DNA of 64,000 nucleotides from a virus (IMGVR_UViG_3300045988_150638), one strand, 5' to 3'; counted from the first letter of the stretch, positions 1-10,782 are shown. The notes: a model not told the origin generated them from the letters alone. Translations and numbers: made by a program.

Positions 1-288
1 GTACCGCTGTGTGGTGTGTTTATCTGCGATGAAACTCTCCGTGATGGAATCATCATCAACGGTGAATTCGAGAAAGCAAAATTTAGCCTTTATGACTCTA
101 TAGAACCGATCATCTGCGACCGCTGGCCGCAGGCAAAAATATATCGCCTGGCAGATATTGAAAATGTAAAAAAACAAATTGCCATCACTCGCGAAGAGAA
201 AAAGGTCAAATCAGCCGCATCAGTTACGCGCAGCCGTAAAACTAAGAAGGGGCAGCCAGTAAACAGCAACCCCGAAAGCGCGCAATAG
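1..288 (+). CDS. 3' end of a gene entering from upstream of the window (first listed start at 16, frame open from base 1); possibly the C-terminus of the C1 immunity repressor, by position convergent with pacB
   Basis: Open frame from position 1 to the stop at 288; convergent with the terminase genes as in P1 (c1 next to pacB). No motif recognised. Confidence 0.3.
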   Translation, partial: VPLCGVFICDETLRDGIIINGEFEKAKFSLYDSIEPIICDRWPQAKIYRLADIENVKKQIAITREEKKVKSAASVTRSRKTKKGQPVNSNPESAQ

Positions 289-312
289 TTTCCATCCGGC
301 ATGGTTAATGAG

Positions 313-1797
313 TTATTCATTAAGCCATGCCAGAGCTTCATCAACCTGCGCTTCGTCTTCGACGCTAAGCACTTCATCTTGGGGAACATAGTTCGCCAAC
401 ATAGCGAAACAATATGTATCCCAATGGTCCGGTGAGTGCAGGTTGAGTTTTTTCTTCATATCTTCCTTTGACATCACCTTCCATTGACCTGCGGAATTTA
501 TCCCTACCGGTATCTTTGATGCTTCCTCTATAGTCGCAGCCCCCTTATCAAGCCTCATACGCCCTGATTTTACAGCTTCTGCCGCCTGAATATTCGCGAA
601 AGCGCGCATATCGAAATAAAGGCTTTTATCTTCACGGCTGTGCATCTTTTTACCCCAGCGGATACGCTGGACGGTAATGCCATAGCGTTCGTACATTAGA
701 TCAGCCGTCGATTTCCCCAAGCCATCGCCATCAATAGCTATGGTTATGTTCGGGAACCGTTCTGGGTTACATTCTGCGAAAATCTTGGCGGCTAACTGCG
801 TTTCTGTAACGTCTGTGTATTCCAGCATACGATAGTTGATTACACGGCGTTTATTTCGCTGGCCGGACACCATCATGATATTAATAACGGACTTATCTCG
901 TCCTGTGCCACCAGCAACGTCAACACATGCAACCCAGCCCCATCCTTTGGCAATCTTGACCTTTCGCCGCGTCGCCCGCTCAACCTCATCACGACCAAGA
1001 AGAAAGCCATCTTGAGATTTGGGAAATTCACCACGTACTTTGATCATGTACATGGGGTTATCACGACCGCCATACTCTGCAAGTTTTGCTCGTATAAATT
1101 TTGCATCTACAAGCGGAGATTCTTCACTATTCAGTATTATCGCAGTAAACAATCCATCAGGATTTCCCGGGCGAATAGCTAGTCTGTGGTGTGAATCGTA
1201 GAAATAGCCTGAAGGTCGCGTAGGCTGGGAAAGAAGCAGAATACGGTTATCCTTACCGGTCAGCGCACCTGTTATCACACTGAATGCTTTATCACTCACA
1301 CCCGACGCTTCGTCGATGATATACAAGAGATGATCGGCGTGTTCACCAGCCAACGCCTCCTCATTTCCGGGGCGACAGGACTTTATCAATATTGTCCAAA
1401 CACCCTTGCCAGTCACCTCAAAAAAAGACGTTTCTGTAAGAATGAAATACTTCGACAACCACGGGAATCTGCTAACAGCAGTAGCCCAATTGCTCTTTAT
1501 GTATTTGAAAATACCATCAAGGACTTGCTGTCTTTTGTTAGCGACCAGAATGACGCGAGCGCCGGGGAAAAACATGATGAAGAGTATTGCAATGATACTC
1601 GTCATATCCGATTTACCAGTACCATGGCCGGAGGTCACACTTGTCCAACTGCCGTCCTGCTGCGTGGACTCAATGATCTCATCCTGCTGCCAGGTTGGTG
1701 TCTTCCCAAACAACACATCAGCGGCCGCAATCCAGTCATAACGATATAGCGCCACCAGCTCGCGCCAACGTGGGTCCGTTACGCAACTTCTGGCCAT
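313..1797 (-). CDS. pacB: terminase large subunit (PacB)
   Basis: 494 aa; Walker A SGHGTGKS, acidic nuclease-domain residues, directly downstream of the small subunit with ATGA overlap; same length as P1 PacB. Confidence 0.9.
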
Positions 1798-2990
1798 TAA
1801 TCATCATCCCCGTACAGTTTGCGGGTAACTTCTTCGTCTTCCTCCTCGTCTTCGTCCAGATCCTGTTCAAGCCATGCTTCGTTTGATATGCCTTCCGCAT
1901 CGACATCACCATAACCACCCGTATCGACGATATCGGCAATTTCTTCTCTACGATGCTCAATCCACAATGCCGCATCAGCGCGGCGGCTGGCGGCCCGTTC
2001 TCGCGCGATTTTATCCAGATCTTCAAGTGATGGAGCGCCAGATGCTGTTTGGTTTTCCTCATCATCGGTATTGGTCTTAGGAGCACGCAGATCGGCTTTG
2101 ATTTGCTCCAGCATCAGGGGCGGCACTTTTCCTCCATGCGCCTCGATGAATTCAGCCGCTTCCAGCACTGACCAGTTATTTTCACGCTTTCGTTCGTATG
2201 CCAGCTTAACAATGCCAGCTTGCCCCATAGATAAAGCGTGCTTTTCCGCCTCCCGGCTTTCTTTTCGATAGTTATTCCGGATGCTGTAAATGGTGTTGAT
2301 CAGGCTGCTTATCTGCGCGGAACAGCTGTTTAGCATGCTCGCGATACGGTATTCAGGCGGAGTACCTTCATCATCGTCTTTTTGCTGATCGCGCATTTCC
2401 TGCACCAGGCGAATACACGTATCCCTGGCGTTCTCCAGCATAAGGAGATGAGAAAGAGACTTTTCCAGAAGAGTGGTTTCCAGAACATCGGCCCCGGACC
2501 GACGCAACATAGCGCGCGCGGCCTTCCGCGCTTCAACGTTATCTATCAGGTAATCGCCAGCTTCGAATTCAAAGCGTTCACCATCATCATCCAGGGTGTC
2601 GCGTTCCAGGCGATCACGTAAGGTCCGGTGGGCGCGGGTGATCACGTCATGATCATCTGAACGATCATTTATGCGCTTATTTTGGCGCTTCGCATTCTCG
2701 ACTGCGGCACTGACAACGGCATTAACTCTTTGTTTTTCCGCTGTTTCAGCCGCAATGTGATCACCTGCATGTTGATCATTAGAGTGATCAATGATCATGC
2801 TTTTTAGAGGCTTCCTGACTGGCTTATTTGGCTTGCGGCTGTCCGCTGTCCTGGTGTCTTCTTTGAAGGCACGGAGATAACGACGTGCGGTATTAGGGTT
2901 AAGATTAAACTCGGCGGCATACTGTGCGATGGTGTAACCACCATCTCGCGCCAGGCGAGCAAAATTCTTCTTGTGATCGTCCCAGGTCAC
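1797..2990 (-). CDS. pacA: terminase small subunit (PacA)
   Basis: 397 aa; N-terminal HTH-like region, highly acidic C-terminus, contains the pac hexamer cluster, immediately upstream of pacB. Confidence 0.8.
2611..2797. other. pac: pac packaging site: two clusters of four TGATCA/CGATCA hexamers (Dam GATC sites)
   Basis: Hexamers at 2611, 2639, 2650, 2662 and 2758, 2773, 2785, 2792, inside the 5' part of pacA; matches the known P1 pac architecture. Confidence 0.55.
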
Positions 2991-3075
2991 TTATGCTTCC
3001 TTTCGTAAAAACTCTTTTTGACGCGAGGGTAACGAAAGTCACATGTCAAAAGGCCCGGAACGGGCAAGCAATCAA

Positions 3076-3528
3076 TCAGATACGTGCGGATGTGGCATTA
3101 CCGTAATGACGGTGCTGACGGGCTACCTTATTGAAAAGTTGACGCGCCATTACCCAAGGCTGGTGTTCCCGGCGTTCCTTTTCGTCCTGCGTCATATAGA
3201 GTTCGTTCTGGAGTTTTTCATCAAACCGGCGCGGCGCGCGGCTGCGGCGAAAGAATTCAGGATTCAGAGAGTGGATCTGAAATCTACGTGGGCGTGTACT
3301 GTCATCAATCAAAACAGACGAATACTTAGACACAGCGATAGCCTTTAAGCGCAGATAAACATCGCGCTTATCGACATCCAGATGCGGGTATTCCTTTTCA
3401 AGAATTGCTGCGAGTTCTTTCGCTGATAGAAGAGATTTAGTGCGGATCATGTAATCCGCAATCTCGTACGATGTTATTCGTGAGTGATTTATTTCCATGA
3501 AGTGGCGTCCCTGCCAGTTAAGTAACAT
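3076..3528 (-). CDS. lpa: late promoter activator Lpa-like protein (by synteny; start may be the internal Met at 3495)
   Basis: 150-aa ORF between pdcB-like and pacA as in P1; C1-operator-like site just upstream; no motif-level proof. Confidence 0.4.
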   Translation of the reverse strand: MLLNWQGRHFMEINHSRITSYEIADYMIRTKSLLSAKELAAILEKEYPHLDVDKRDVYLRLKAIAVSKYSSVLIDDSTRPRRFQIHSLNPEFFRRSRAPRRFDEKLQNELYMTQDEKERREHQPWVMARQLFNKVARQHRHYGNATSARI

Positions 3529-3598
3529 CCTGTCACCTACTGATTAGCCCATGTCAACTAATCAACGTGGAATATAATACCCTCGATTAAATAAATAG

Positions 3599-3615
3599 CA
3601 ATACATTAGAGCAAT
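3599..3615 (-). promoter_or_regulatory. C1-operator-like site (caatacattagagcaat, 3-4 mismatches) upstream of lpa
   Basis: Matches the ATTAGAGCAAT half of the recurrent 17-mer; lies between the pdcB-like gene and lpa. Confidence 0.35.
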
Positions 3616-3616
3616 T

Positions 3617-4660
3617 TTATCTAACACTCGACGAATGACTTGTGATAACGCCCACTCCAAGCGCGTAATCAAAGAACAATCGTTGATGCATCGCCAACCT
3701 ACCGTGCGTCTTCTCCCAATTATCGCGGTCACGCTCAATATCACGCTGGCATGACTGGCACAGAGGAATTGCGTAAATGTCATGCGCGCATAATCGACTA
3801 TGACGAACGATATAAGGCGTAATGTGAGCGCCAGCTCCCGCAGCTCCACACCCACAGCACGGACGGGAAGCAACAAAGTCCATGTACTCAGGTAATTTTA
3901 GCGATCGCAGTTTTGGTATTTTGAAATGCGCCATGCCAGGGTCGGAGTCAACATCCACAGGGCATACTTTTGCACGCATCGGCGCGGCGCGTTCTTCCAT
4001 CATCTGAACATATGCTGTAGCGCGATCGTCATACGGGCGAATATCCGCCTCTTTCAGAGGTCCGCTATCCTGCGGAGTAGCCTTCATCTTATTTATTGAT
4101 ATGCGGCAGACTTCTTCCGGCATCAGGTGCATCATGTTGCGCATGAAAGCCCACCAGCACAGCTCCTGAATACTTAAATCATGGCTATTTGAAAGGCCCA
4201 TTTCCTGACGGGCGACATCCAGTATCCAGTTAACGCGATTATTGTGCAGCGTTTCTTTCAGCTCATTAAAACCACGCATCCGGTAATGGTTATCGTGATG
4301 CCAGCACAACAACACCGCGCTATTGTCTCGTTCTGCGTGGACAATATGGTTGTCACACCAGCTACGATCTGTGGCCTGGCATTGCCCCTCTTTCCTGCGC
4401 AACCACGCCACCAGCGAGTCAATTCCACCAATACGGCGAAACAGTTCATCGCTGTTAAAAAACGGCTGCAACGCCTCATTTGTTGCCATGGTTTGCTCGG
4501 TAACAACGAGGCCGTCTTCCATGTGCTCGATTAACTCACGCGGCACCGGCTCCATAATAAATTTACGGCCAGCCTCCACCAGCTTTCTGACCTCCTGATC
4601 CACTTTGAACGTGGCGAGGCCAAGCTCTTTCTGTACAAAGGGAGTAATTACGGCTTTCAC
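3617..4660 (-). CDS. pdcB: PdcB-like protein (post-doc position), Cys-rich C-terminal region
   Basis: 347-aa ORF downstream of doc; CCGC and CxxC clusters near the C-terminus; assignment by synteny only. Confidence 0.4.
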   Translation of the reverse strand: MKAVITPFVQKELGLATFKVDQEVRKLVEAGRKFIMEPVPRELIEHMEDGLVVTEQTMATNEALQPFFNSDELFRRIGGIDSLVAWLRRKEGQCQATDRSWCDNHIVHAERDNSAVLLCWHHDNHYRMRGFNELKETLHNNRVNWILDVARQEMGLSNSHDLSIQELCWWAFMRNMMHLMPEEVCRISINKMKATPQDSGPLKEADIRPYDDRATAYVQMMEERAAPMRAKVCPVDVDSDPGMAHFKIPKLRSLKLPEYMDFVASRPCCGCGAAGAGAHITPYIVRHSRLCAHDIYAIPLCQSCQRDIERDRDNWEKTHGRLAMHQRLFFDYALGVGVITSHSSSVR

Positions 4661-4687
4661 ATCACACCTTTCATCACTGATTGGGCT

Positions 4688-4888
4688 TTATCTGCTGCCC
4701 GGCATTCTCTGTTTAAGCGCAACCATTTCCTGACGGCATAACACAGCAATAGCGGTCCTGACTCCAATTTGCTTACCAACCAGGTATTGCTTTACCTTGC
4801 GGCGACTCACGCCATCAAGAAGCATCTTTAACGCTTCACGGGACAATTTGTTGTATTTGCGTGCCATTAATCTACTCCGCAGAACCAT
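4688..4888 (-). CDS. small basic protein, possible DNA-binding (PdcA-like position)
   Basis: 66-aa ORF between doc and the pdcB-like gene, overlaps doc by a few nt; weak. Confidence 0.3.
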   Translation of the reverse strand: MVLRSRLMARKYNKLSREALKMLLDGVSRRKVKQYLVGKQIGVRTAIAVLCRQEMVALKQRMPGSR

Positions 4889-5252
4889 ACAATCTACGTA
4901 ACGTGTCGGCGACAGAAGATACAGATATCTCGCCAGTCGCAGCGCCTACAGTAAGGTCTGCCAGTTCAGGTGAATCAAATACCTGCACCCCGTTACGGCG
5001 TAGAAATAACAGCGCACTGTTTAGCGCGGTACGCTTATTGGCATCATTGAATATATGCCCTCTCGCTGTAGCCACCAGGTAGGTGGCGGAGACTTCGAAA
5101 AGGTCGGTGATCTCTTCGTAGGCAACTCTGGCCTGAACTCTCCCGATAATAGCCTCTGCCCTACCCGGATCTGACATTCCCGGCAGGCCGCCGTAGCGGT
5201 TTATATTCGCATCATGAAGCGCAATAAGTTCTTCCGGTGATATATGCCTCAT
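4872..5252 (-). CDS. doc: Doc toxin (Fic-fold) of the Phd-Doc module
   Basis: 126 aa; motif [11 protein letters not shown]; translationally coupled to phd (ATGA overlap at 5252). Confidence 0.9.
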   Translation of the reverse strand: MRHISPEELIALHDANINRYGGLPGMSDPGRAEAIIGRVQARVAYEEITDLFEVSATYLVATARGHIFNDANKRTALNSALLFLRRNGVQVFDSPELADLTVGAATGEISVSSVADTLRRLYGSAE

Positions 5253-5473
5253 TATCGGTTAACCAGTTCCTTGTTGGTGGAGTCCAGGGTGTCAAACAGG
5301 GATGCAAATTCAGCATCCAGCGCCGCTTTTTTGTAGGCTTCGAAAGTAGCCTTGCTGACAATTACTGCTGGCTCACGGCCTCTGCGGGTGATTTCAACCT
5401 CTTCCCCGGCTTCAACATTGTTGAGCACTTCAGAAAGGTTGCCGCGCGCGGTACGGAAGTTAATGGATTGCAT
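5252..5473 (-). CDS. phd: Phd antitoxin
   Basis: 73 aa from [19 protein letters not shown]..., matching P1 Phd as I recall it; the listed ORF has 2 extra N-terminal codons. Confidence 0.9.
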   Translation of the reverse strand: MQSINFRTARGNLSEVLNNVEAGEEVEITRRGREPAVIVSKATFEAYKKAALDAEFASLFDTLDSTNKELVNR

Positions 5474-5545
5474 AAACACCTCGTGTACTCGTTATGTGTA
5501 CACAATTATAAACTTCACAGGCATAAAGCACCAGCACTTTGCAGC

Positions 5546-5935
5546 TTAAATAACCGGACAATCATCAAACTCCCCACTCCGGGCATCATTGATGACATGA
5601 GTGATCACACCAAAAACAGCATTACTACCCGTGTAACCATCGTCATCTACTGGTAACGCCTCTTTCTTCCCGGTGCTTAAATCCTCCAGGTGCTGGCGCG
5701 GATACTTTCGGTATCTCTTTATGCGATATTCACCCTCCATAGCGCACACAAGCAGAGAACCATCAACCGGAGTAAGCGAGGAATCAACCACCAGCAAAGC
5801 ACCCTGCAATATTCCCTCACGGTGATGGCTATCAGCTGCCCGCATGAAGTAGGTCGCTGAAGGATGTCTAATTATCTGCTGATCAAGAGAAATTCGGCTT
5901 TCAACATAATCCGCCGCAGGAGAAGGGAAGCCCAT
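5546..5935 (-). CDS. humD: UmuD'-like SOS mutagenesis protein HumD
   Basis: 129 aa; C-terminal VFGVITHV resembles UmuD; LexA box directly upstream. Confidence 0.8.
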   Translation of the reverse strand: MGFPSPAADYVESRISLDQQIIRHPSATYFMRAADSHHREGILQGALLVVDSSLTPVDGSLLVCAMEGEYRIKRYRKYPRQHLEDLSTGKKEALPVDDDGYTGSNAVFGVITHVINDARSGEFDDCPVI

Positions 5936-5953
5936 AGCGTTTTACCTCAATGA

Positions 5954-5973
5954 TACTGTTTATTCATACAGTA
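5954..5973. promoter_or_regulatory. LexA (SOS) box tactgtttattcatacagta
   Basis: Perfect CTGT-N8-ACAG palindrome 19 nt upstream of the humD start codon. Confidence 0.7.
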
Positions 5974-6058
5974 TACATTGAAAAGGCATAGTTTGTGAAA
6001 GCGGGGTTTGTAGGCGCGCCACGCTGGGGGCTAATCACATTTCTCCCCCATCTTGCCG

Positions 6059-6310
6059 TTATTTTTTTGGTGCATCCTCGTTCTGATACACCGGATCGCT
6101 CCCTTTTGGCAACCGGAGGCTTAACTGCCGATAGTGCCGTAACCGTTCCATGAAATAGGTGCGCAGATTCTCTGGTTGCTCGCGGGCTACCTGTTCAGCT
6201 ATGACAGGTATGTTCAATCGCTCTTTGTACGCCACACCGCTGGCAGCCAGATCAACGTTAACCTTATCCCGTTCTTCCTGACTTTTAGCTGCAATATTCC
6301 AATCGTGCAT
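6059..6310 (-). CDS. hot: Hot, homolog of DNA polymerase III theta subunit (HolE)
   Basis: Segment [36 protein letters not shown] aligns with E. coli HolE; start taken at internal Met (MHDWN). Confidence 0.8.
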   Translation of the reverse strand: MHDWNIAAKSQEERDKVNVDLAASGVAYKERLNIPVIAEQVAREQPENLRTYFMERLRHYRQLSLRLPKGSDPVYQNEDAPKK

Positions 6311-6759
6311 ATCAAATCCCATCCAGAACAATTGCGTAACGACTATTATTTAACCAGCAAAGTAACTTTTAATTTTTTTTCTTTTCCCATTGATTTTTGT
6401 GCACAGCTTATCTGCCTTGCCGTGCGCAGAATCAACTTTTTTCTTCCTGATTTATCCACAAAGTTATGCACTTGCAAGAGGGCCATTTTCTAAATATTGT
6501 GATGTTTCACAAATGAAATGAATTTTGATTAATGAAGATAAGGAGAAAATTTGAGATGCAATCATGACGTTAATAGATAGGGTCTGCATTACAGACCCCA
6601 TCCGCATCAAGGAATTAGCCGTTCCCTGATGTTGTTCCGAAAACATGTGCCGTAAGCTCACGTTAACGACTTTCTTTCACCGAATCCAACTATATAGGGG
6701 TTGGGTTTCTACGTCAACGTGAGCAAGTGCTCCTTTACATTTGACAAGGAACCACCTTA

Positions 6760-6897
6760 ATGACTGCTTTTTTTCAGTTCCTGAGTGCATTTTTAGATGC
6801 GCCTGTTATTAGCCAGATTCTGGCGATCATCCTCATCATCGTTTTGATTTTGCTTTTAAGGTCAGTAAAAAATGGAATTATGCACTGGCTTACTTAA
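6760..6897 (+). CDS. 45-aa hydrophobic peptide (MTAFFQFLSAFLDAPVISQILAIILIIVLILLLRSVKNGIMHWLT), candidate small membrane protein
   Basis: ATG with AAGGA 9 nt upstream; one predicted TM helix; on the opposite strand from its neighbours in a 630-bp otherwise non-coding gap; not in ORF track (<60 aa). Confidence 0.3.
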   Translation: MTAFFQFLSAFLDAPVISQILAIILIIVLILLLRSVKNGIMHWLT

Positions 6898-6971
6898 TGT
6901 TCAGTGAAACATTAAAATCTCCTTGATGTGGAAACAATCATTTTCTGTATGTGCTGGTGGGTACCTGTAGT

Positions 6972-7334
6972 TCAGCTTTCGTTGGCATTTAACTTCGTCT
7001 TTGCTTTCTCCACCAGCAACTTCCAGATGCCTATTTCATTAGCAGCCGCCTTGATGGCGGCATAAAAAGCATCTTGCTGATCGTAACGCTGAATCTGTTT
7101 TTTCAGTTTTGCCTCCACCAATTTAATTTCATTACGTGCTTTCTGAAGCCGCAGCGCCGCCCGGTTACGTCTGTTCTTGTATAGCGCGTTAATCTCTGAT
7201 AATTGCTTTAATTTACCAGCCTGACTGCGGATTATCGCCTCTCTGACTTCTGCCGTGCGTCTCATCTGATCTCTTAAGAGTTCACCGTTTTCGATAATTC
7301 TTTCAAGGTGTTTGATGTGATCTGCAACTCTCAT
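6972..7334 (-). CDS. hypothetical coiled-coil protein
   Basis: 120-aa ORF, end overlaps the start of the upstream gene; charged heptad-like sequence. Confidence 0.45.
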   Translation of the reverse strand: MRVADHIKHLERIIENGELLRDQMRRTAEVREAIIRSQAGKLKQLSEINALYKNRRNRAALRLQKARNEIKLVEAKLKKQIQRYDQQDAFYAAIKAAANEIGIWKLLVEKAKTKLNANES

Positions 7335-8263
7335 ACTTCACCCTCGCTTGTATCGCCAGCATCCACCAGCGGCAATAAAGCCCTGGCCATCTTATGAACC
7401 AATAGTGCATCAATAATGCCAAGCGTATGCCCCGGCTTAATGTTTAATGCCGCCTCAAGGTGACACCTTTCCAGGCCACTTTTCTCGGCTTGTTTATGAT
7501 GATCTGGTGTAATAACGTCGCCCAAAACACGGCTAATTCTTTCTCGTAATTGCTGGGTGCCAGCACACTTGATCGCTGTATCGTGGAGACGGTTAACCAG
7601 TTCGCGATAAACATGCGGCTTAATTCGGATACGTTCACCGGTGACGCCCTTTCCTGGTGCTGGCACCGAACTATCCGGAATGTCCGGATAGTTGCCAGCC
7701 TCGTAAGCTACCCGCAGCCAGTGCATGAATGTTTCAGTGGACACACAACCACAGTCCACATCGATTTTCCCGCGTTGCTGTTCCAGCCATTGCCCAAAAT
7801 CCAACCTGTAAGTCTTACTTTCAAGTTCATCACCATTGAACTCGACTTTCTGCGACGCTATGAGAGCTGATTCGTATTGTTCGCGAGTGACAACTGACTG
7901 GTATTCATCGCTATCAAGGTCACCAATTGGAAGCTCAATCTCACAACAAAAATTGCGCCCAAAGAAAGTGTCTTTTTTGTGGTCTGAGCCAAAAGCAAAA
8001 GTCGCGCATGGTGCCATTAAATTGACACTGGGTAGGTAACAATAACTCATTCCATCAGGCCACCCGCCGCACTTAGGCAGCTCCTTCACTAACAAGTCGA
8101 TAAGCTTCATTTTTTTATCATCTTTGCAAGCCGCCAAAGCCATTTGGGCAAGTGCCAATACTTCATCTGCCGTATATCCAGCACCGTGACCATACATTTC
8201 GATACGGGAAATAATCTCTGATATACGCTCTTCAGTGATTCTGGTCATTTCTTTTTGCGCCAT
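7331..8263 (-). CDS. hypothetical Cys-rich protein
   Basis: 310-aa ORF in the leftward early operon; clustered Cys (CGGW, CC, DCGC); no recognised catalytic motif. Confidence 0.5.
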   Translation of the reverse strand: MAQKEMTRITEERISEIISRIEMYGHGAGYTADEVLALAQMALAACKDDKKMKLIDLLVKELPKCGGWPDGMSYCYLPSVNLMAPCATFAFGSDHKKDTFFGRNFCCEIELPIGDLDSDEYQSVVTREQYESALIASQKVEFNGDELESKTYRLDFGQWLEQQRGKIDVDCGCVSTETFMHWLRVAYEAGNYPDIPDSSVPAPGKGVTGERIRIKPHVYRELVNRLHDTAIKCAGTQQLRERISRVLGDVITPDHHKQAEKSGLERCHLEAALNIKPGHTLGIIDALLVHKMARALLPLVDAGDTSEGEV

Positions 8264-8619
8264 TTCTTTTCACATTCCTTAGTCCATTTTTCAATGTTCA
8301 TTTTGGCAATATCAGTCATTCCATCACCTAAGAAATACTTTCTCCGGTACGTCTTGCACTTAAACCACACTACAACAGCCACCAGCCAGAAAATAAAAGG
8401 CCATACAGCAATACCAACTCCAGCCGCGATAAAGCCCAATAGCCATAAATGAAGCTCTCCAACTTCTGTTTGCGGCAATATTCTTAAAGAATTAAGCAGC
8501 AGACTGAAGGAATAGTCGTATGCATTGGCGGTATAAGACATGCAATCCATATAATTAAAGTCATAGCCTGCGGCTGCCGCCCATAATGGGCGGTCAAGAA
8601 AATGTTTTAGTGTCATCAT
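8245..8619 (-). CDS. hypothetical membrane protein (2 TM helices, basic C-tail)
   Basis: 124-aa ORF; hydrophobic segments LWLLGFIAAGVGIAVWPFIFWLVAVVVWF; overlaps the downstream gene start. Confidence 0.45.
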   Translation of the reverse strand: MMTLKHFLDRPLWAAAAGYDFNYMDCMSYTANAYDYSFSLLLNSLRILPQTEVGELHLWLLGFIAAGVGIAVWPFIFWLVAVVVWFKCKTYRRKYFLGDGMTDIAKMNIEKWTKECEKKWRKKK

Positions 8620-8625
8620 ATAAAT

Positions 8626-9015
8626 TTAAGGTTCAGACCAGTTATCTTCAATAGCAATGCTTAATCTTTGTAGCCATTCTGCTAATTTCAGCATTGCTTC
8701 TCTTTCGCTTAAACCACGCGGGAAATCATCAAGCGCAATTGTTGGCTTGAAGTTCCCAAAATTATCCATTTCAACGGTCAGATTTTGCTCCAGCACGGTA
8801 TTCCTTACGCGGCTATTGTGCCGAAGCAAATATACTGAACGTGATTTATTGGTTTTGTGGTCGAGCTGATATTCGGTAAGTATCATCTGGCTTTTGCCAT
8901 GACTATTACCTCTCCACATACCTACCTCACTTAATAAAACAACTCCATGCGTAGTTGATGATTTTTCCCCACGTAATATAAATCTGCACTCCGGCAGTAA
9001 AACCAAAGCCAACAA
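8626..9015 (-). CDS. hypothetical protein
   Basis: 129-aa ORF (possible internal start); same strand and operon context. Confidence 0.4.
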   Translation of the reverse strand: MLALVLLPECRFILRGEKSSTTHGVVLLSEVGMWRGNSHGKSQMILTEYQLDHKTNKSRSVYLLRHNSRVRNTVLEQNLTVEMDNFGNFKPTIALDDFPRGLSEREAMLKLAEWLQRLSIAIEDNWSEP

Positions 9016-9097
9016 TTGCTGAAAAAATCAAAGCATTTACTTTTGACATTATAAATTTTCTCTCGGCGTCGTAGGTGATAGCACCATAATTGATAAT

Positions 9098-9349
9098 TTA
9101 GTGAGTTAGCAGTTCCATTTTTTGGATGATTTCCGCATGAGCATCATCGTTATCAACACTTAAATCGTTTAATGCCTTTCGCACTACATCAACTTCTTCT
9201 GGTTGGAAGAAGTCATCTCGGTAGTCACCAAATAGAACCGAAACAAGCCTGCCACCAGCAACATCAAGATTGGCGCTAACAGGTGGCTCTTTGCCATCCT
9301 CAAATTCGACTACAAAAGTTATTTTTCCCATCGTTACCACCAGCGACAA
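9098..9349 (-). CDS. hypothetical protein
   Basis: 83-aa ORF in operon context. Confidence 0.4.
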   Translation of the reverse strand: MSLVVTMGKITFVVEFEDGKEPPVSANLDVAGGRLVSVLFGDYRDDFFQPEEVDVVRKALNDLSVDNDDAHAEIIQKMELLTH

Positions 9350-9413
9350 ATTGAATACAAACCCAGTGCTGCCGCCATCACAATTCCTACCGTTGCGAAT
9401 GCTTCAGGCCAGC

Positions 9414-9959
9414 TCATTGACCTGCCTCCTGGGAAGGTTCTGGTAGCAGCATCCAGAACAAGGCGTTCCCTAACCAGGATAAAGTGCCGTCGCTCAACTC
9501 CACGTATTCCCCTTGCACCTGTCCTGCCATATACTCACCGTGCTTTGAATAAATTAAAATCCAATCATCTTGAGCGGGCATTCGCTCACTACAGCTTATC
9601 CAACCATCCGGAGTTACCGGAGAGTTGCCATTCACAAGGTCAGCTCGAACATATAGCGTGTCATCATGGTGCTGATTGTGGCTGCACCACGTTAATTCGC
9701 TTAACTCGCCATTTTCTGGCCATACTCCAGCCGTTTGCAGCCAGATATGGGCTGGCGCATCCTGGCAAGGTGTATTAACTGGAAACTTGTAAGTTTGGCT
9801 TACAGGTTCTGCACTATCAGCTTCGCGCCGCTTCTGTAGCTCTGCTGCCATCGCTCTCACGACTTCAACTGGTGCCCTTGCAGCAAACTCTATGTTGGTG
9901 ATCAGCTCATTAAGATATTGCTCGCCTGGATACTGTTTCTTATCGGTTATAGTGGTCAT
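9414..9959 (-). CDS. hypothetical protein, possibly DUF551-like C-terminal domain
   Basis: Start at MTTITDKK with the recurrent AAAGGAGAGTGATATG junction; Trp-rich C-terminal region. Confidence 0.45.
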   Translation of the reverse strand: MTTITDKKQYPGEQYLNELITNIEFAARAPVEVVRAMAAELQKRREADSAEPVSQTYKFPVNTPCQDAPAHIWLQTAGVWPENGELSELTWCSHNQHHDDTLYVRADLVNGNSPVTPDGWISCSERMPAQDDWILIYSKHGEYMAGQVQGEYVELSDGTLSWLGNALFWMLLPEPSQEAGQ

Positions 9960-9960
9960 A

Positions 9961-10557
9961 TCACTCTCCTTTTCCCTGAAGCATAGCGGCACGGCAGGCG
10001 TTCCAGCCTCTCACCTCTGCAATAGCGGCAACAGCATCGACCGCGTACATGCTAAGAGGATTAGGCATTGGTTTTTCTTCCGGTACTACTGGAACGAGGG
10101 GAGCGGCGTAGACCTCAATAATTCCATTATCAATAGGCCATTCTCCATCCTTGAGGTAGTCACTTGTGCCGTCAACTTGCTGTTCTGCAATGTGGAATGC
10201 ACCTATTGGTTTTGCTTCCAGCGATGCCAGAGCAATTCGTGCCAGTTCTTCCGCTTCTTCTGCTGGCAGTACAACGTTGCTACCAGGTCCGTATGTTTCG
10301 CGCCACTGCTTGATTGTCAGCAGTCGCTCTTTGGTTATAGTGGTCATGGGTTTTCCATCCGCCATCTCTTCATCGGTTTCCCATAAAACTCGCGCCTGCC
10401 CCTCACAGACTTGAATGACTCCGCCACGACCGCAGGAGTTGCACTTAACGGCATCGTCATCCCACAAGGCGGTTTCATTTCCGCGAGCTGTTTTGACCGT
10501 GTGTGATTTATTCCCGCAGCGGCATTTGTTGAGCCAGTCAATAGTGAAAGTTTTCAT
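9961..10557 (-). CDS. hypothetical protein with N-terminal zinc-ribbon-like CxC...CxxC
   Basis: 198-aa ORF; ends KGE-stop at the conserved junction; ATGA overlap with upstream gene. Confidence 0.45.
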   Translation of the reverse strand: MKTFTIDWLNKCRCGNKSHTVKTARGNETALWDDDAVKCNSCGRGGVIQVCEGQARVLWETDEEMADGKPMTTITKERLLTIKQWRETYGPGSNVVLPAEEAEELARIALASLEAKPIGAFHIAEQQVDGTSDYLKDGEWPIDNGIIEVYAAPLVPVVPEEKPMPNPLSMYAVDAVAAIAEVRGWNACRAAMLQGKGE

Positions 10558-10781
10558 GATGCCTCTCCTTTACCCGCTGCTTTCGCCTGCTCTTTAGCAA
10601 GTCGCTCCGCTTCTCTGAAATCCCAATCCACTCGATGTGCTATATCAATTGCAGAGCGCACGGTTCGCTCAATTAGCGTATCCAGATTGTCAATTGTCAT
10701 TGCCATATCTGGATTGCGAGATAAAATCTCCGCCCTCTGAATCTGCCAGTTGTTGCAGGTTTCAAGTAATGAGTTAGCCAT
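10554..10781 (-). CDS. hypothetical small protein
   Basis: Start MANSLLETC preceded by AAAGGAGAGTGAT; 75 aa. Confidence 0.4.
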   Translation of the reverse strand: MANSLLETCNNWQIQRAEILSRNPDMAMTIDNLDTLIERTVRSAIDIAHRVDWDFREAERLAKEQAKAAGKGEAS

Positions 10782-10782
10782 A

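Noticed and set aside
1019-2086. Plus-strand ORFs inside pacB/pacA (for example 1330..1749, 1874..2080)
   Set aside because: Antisense to the terminase genes, which have clear ATPase and nuclease motifs.
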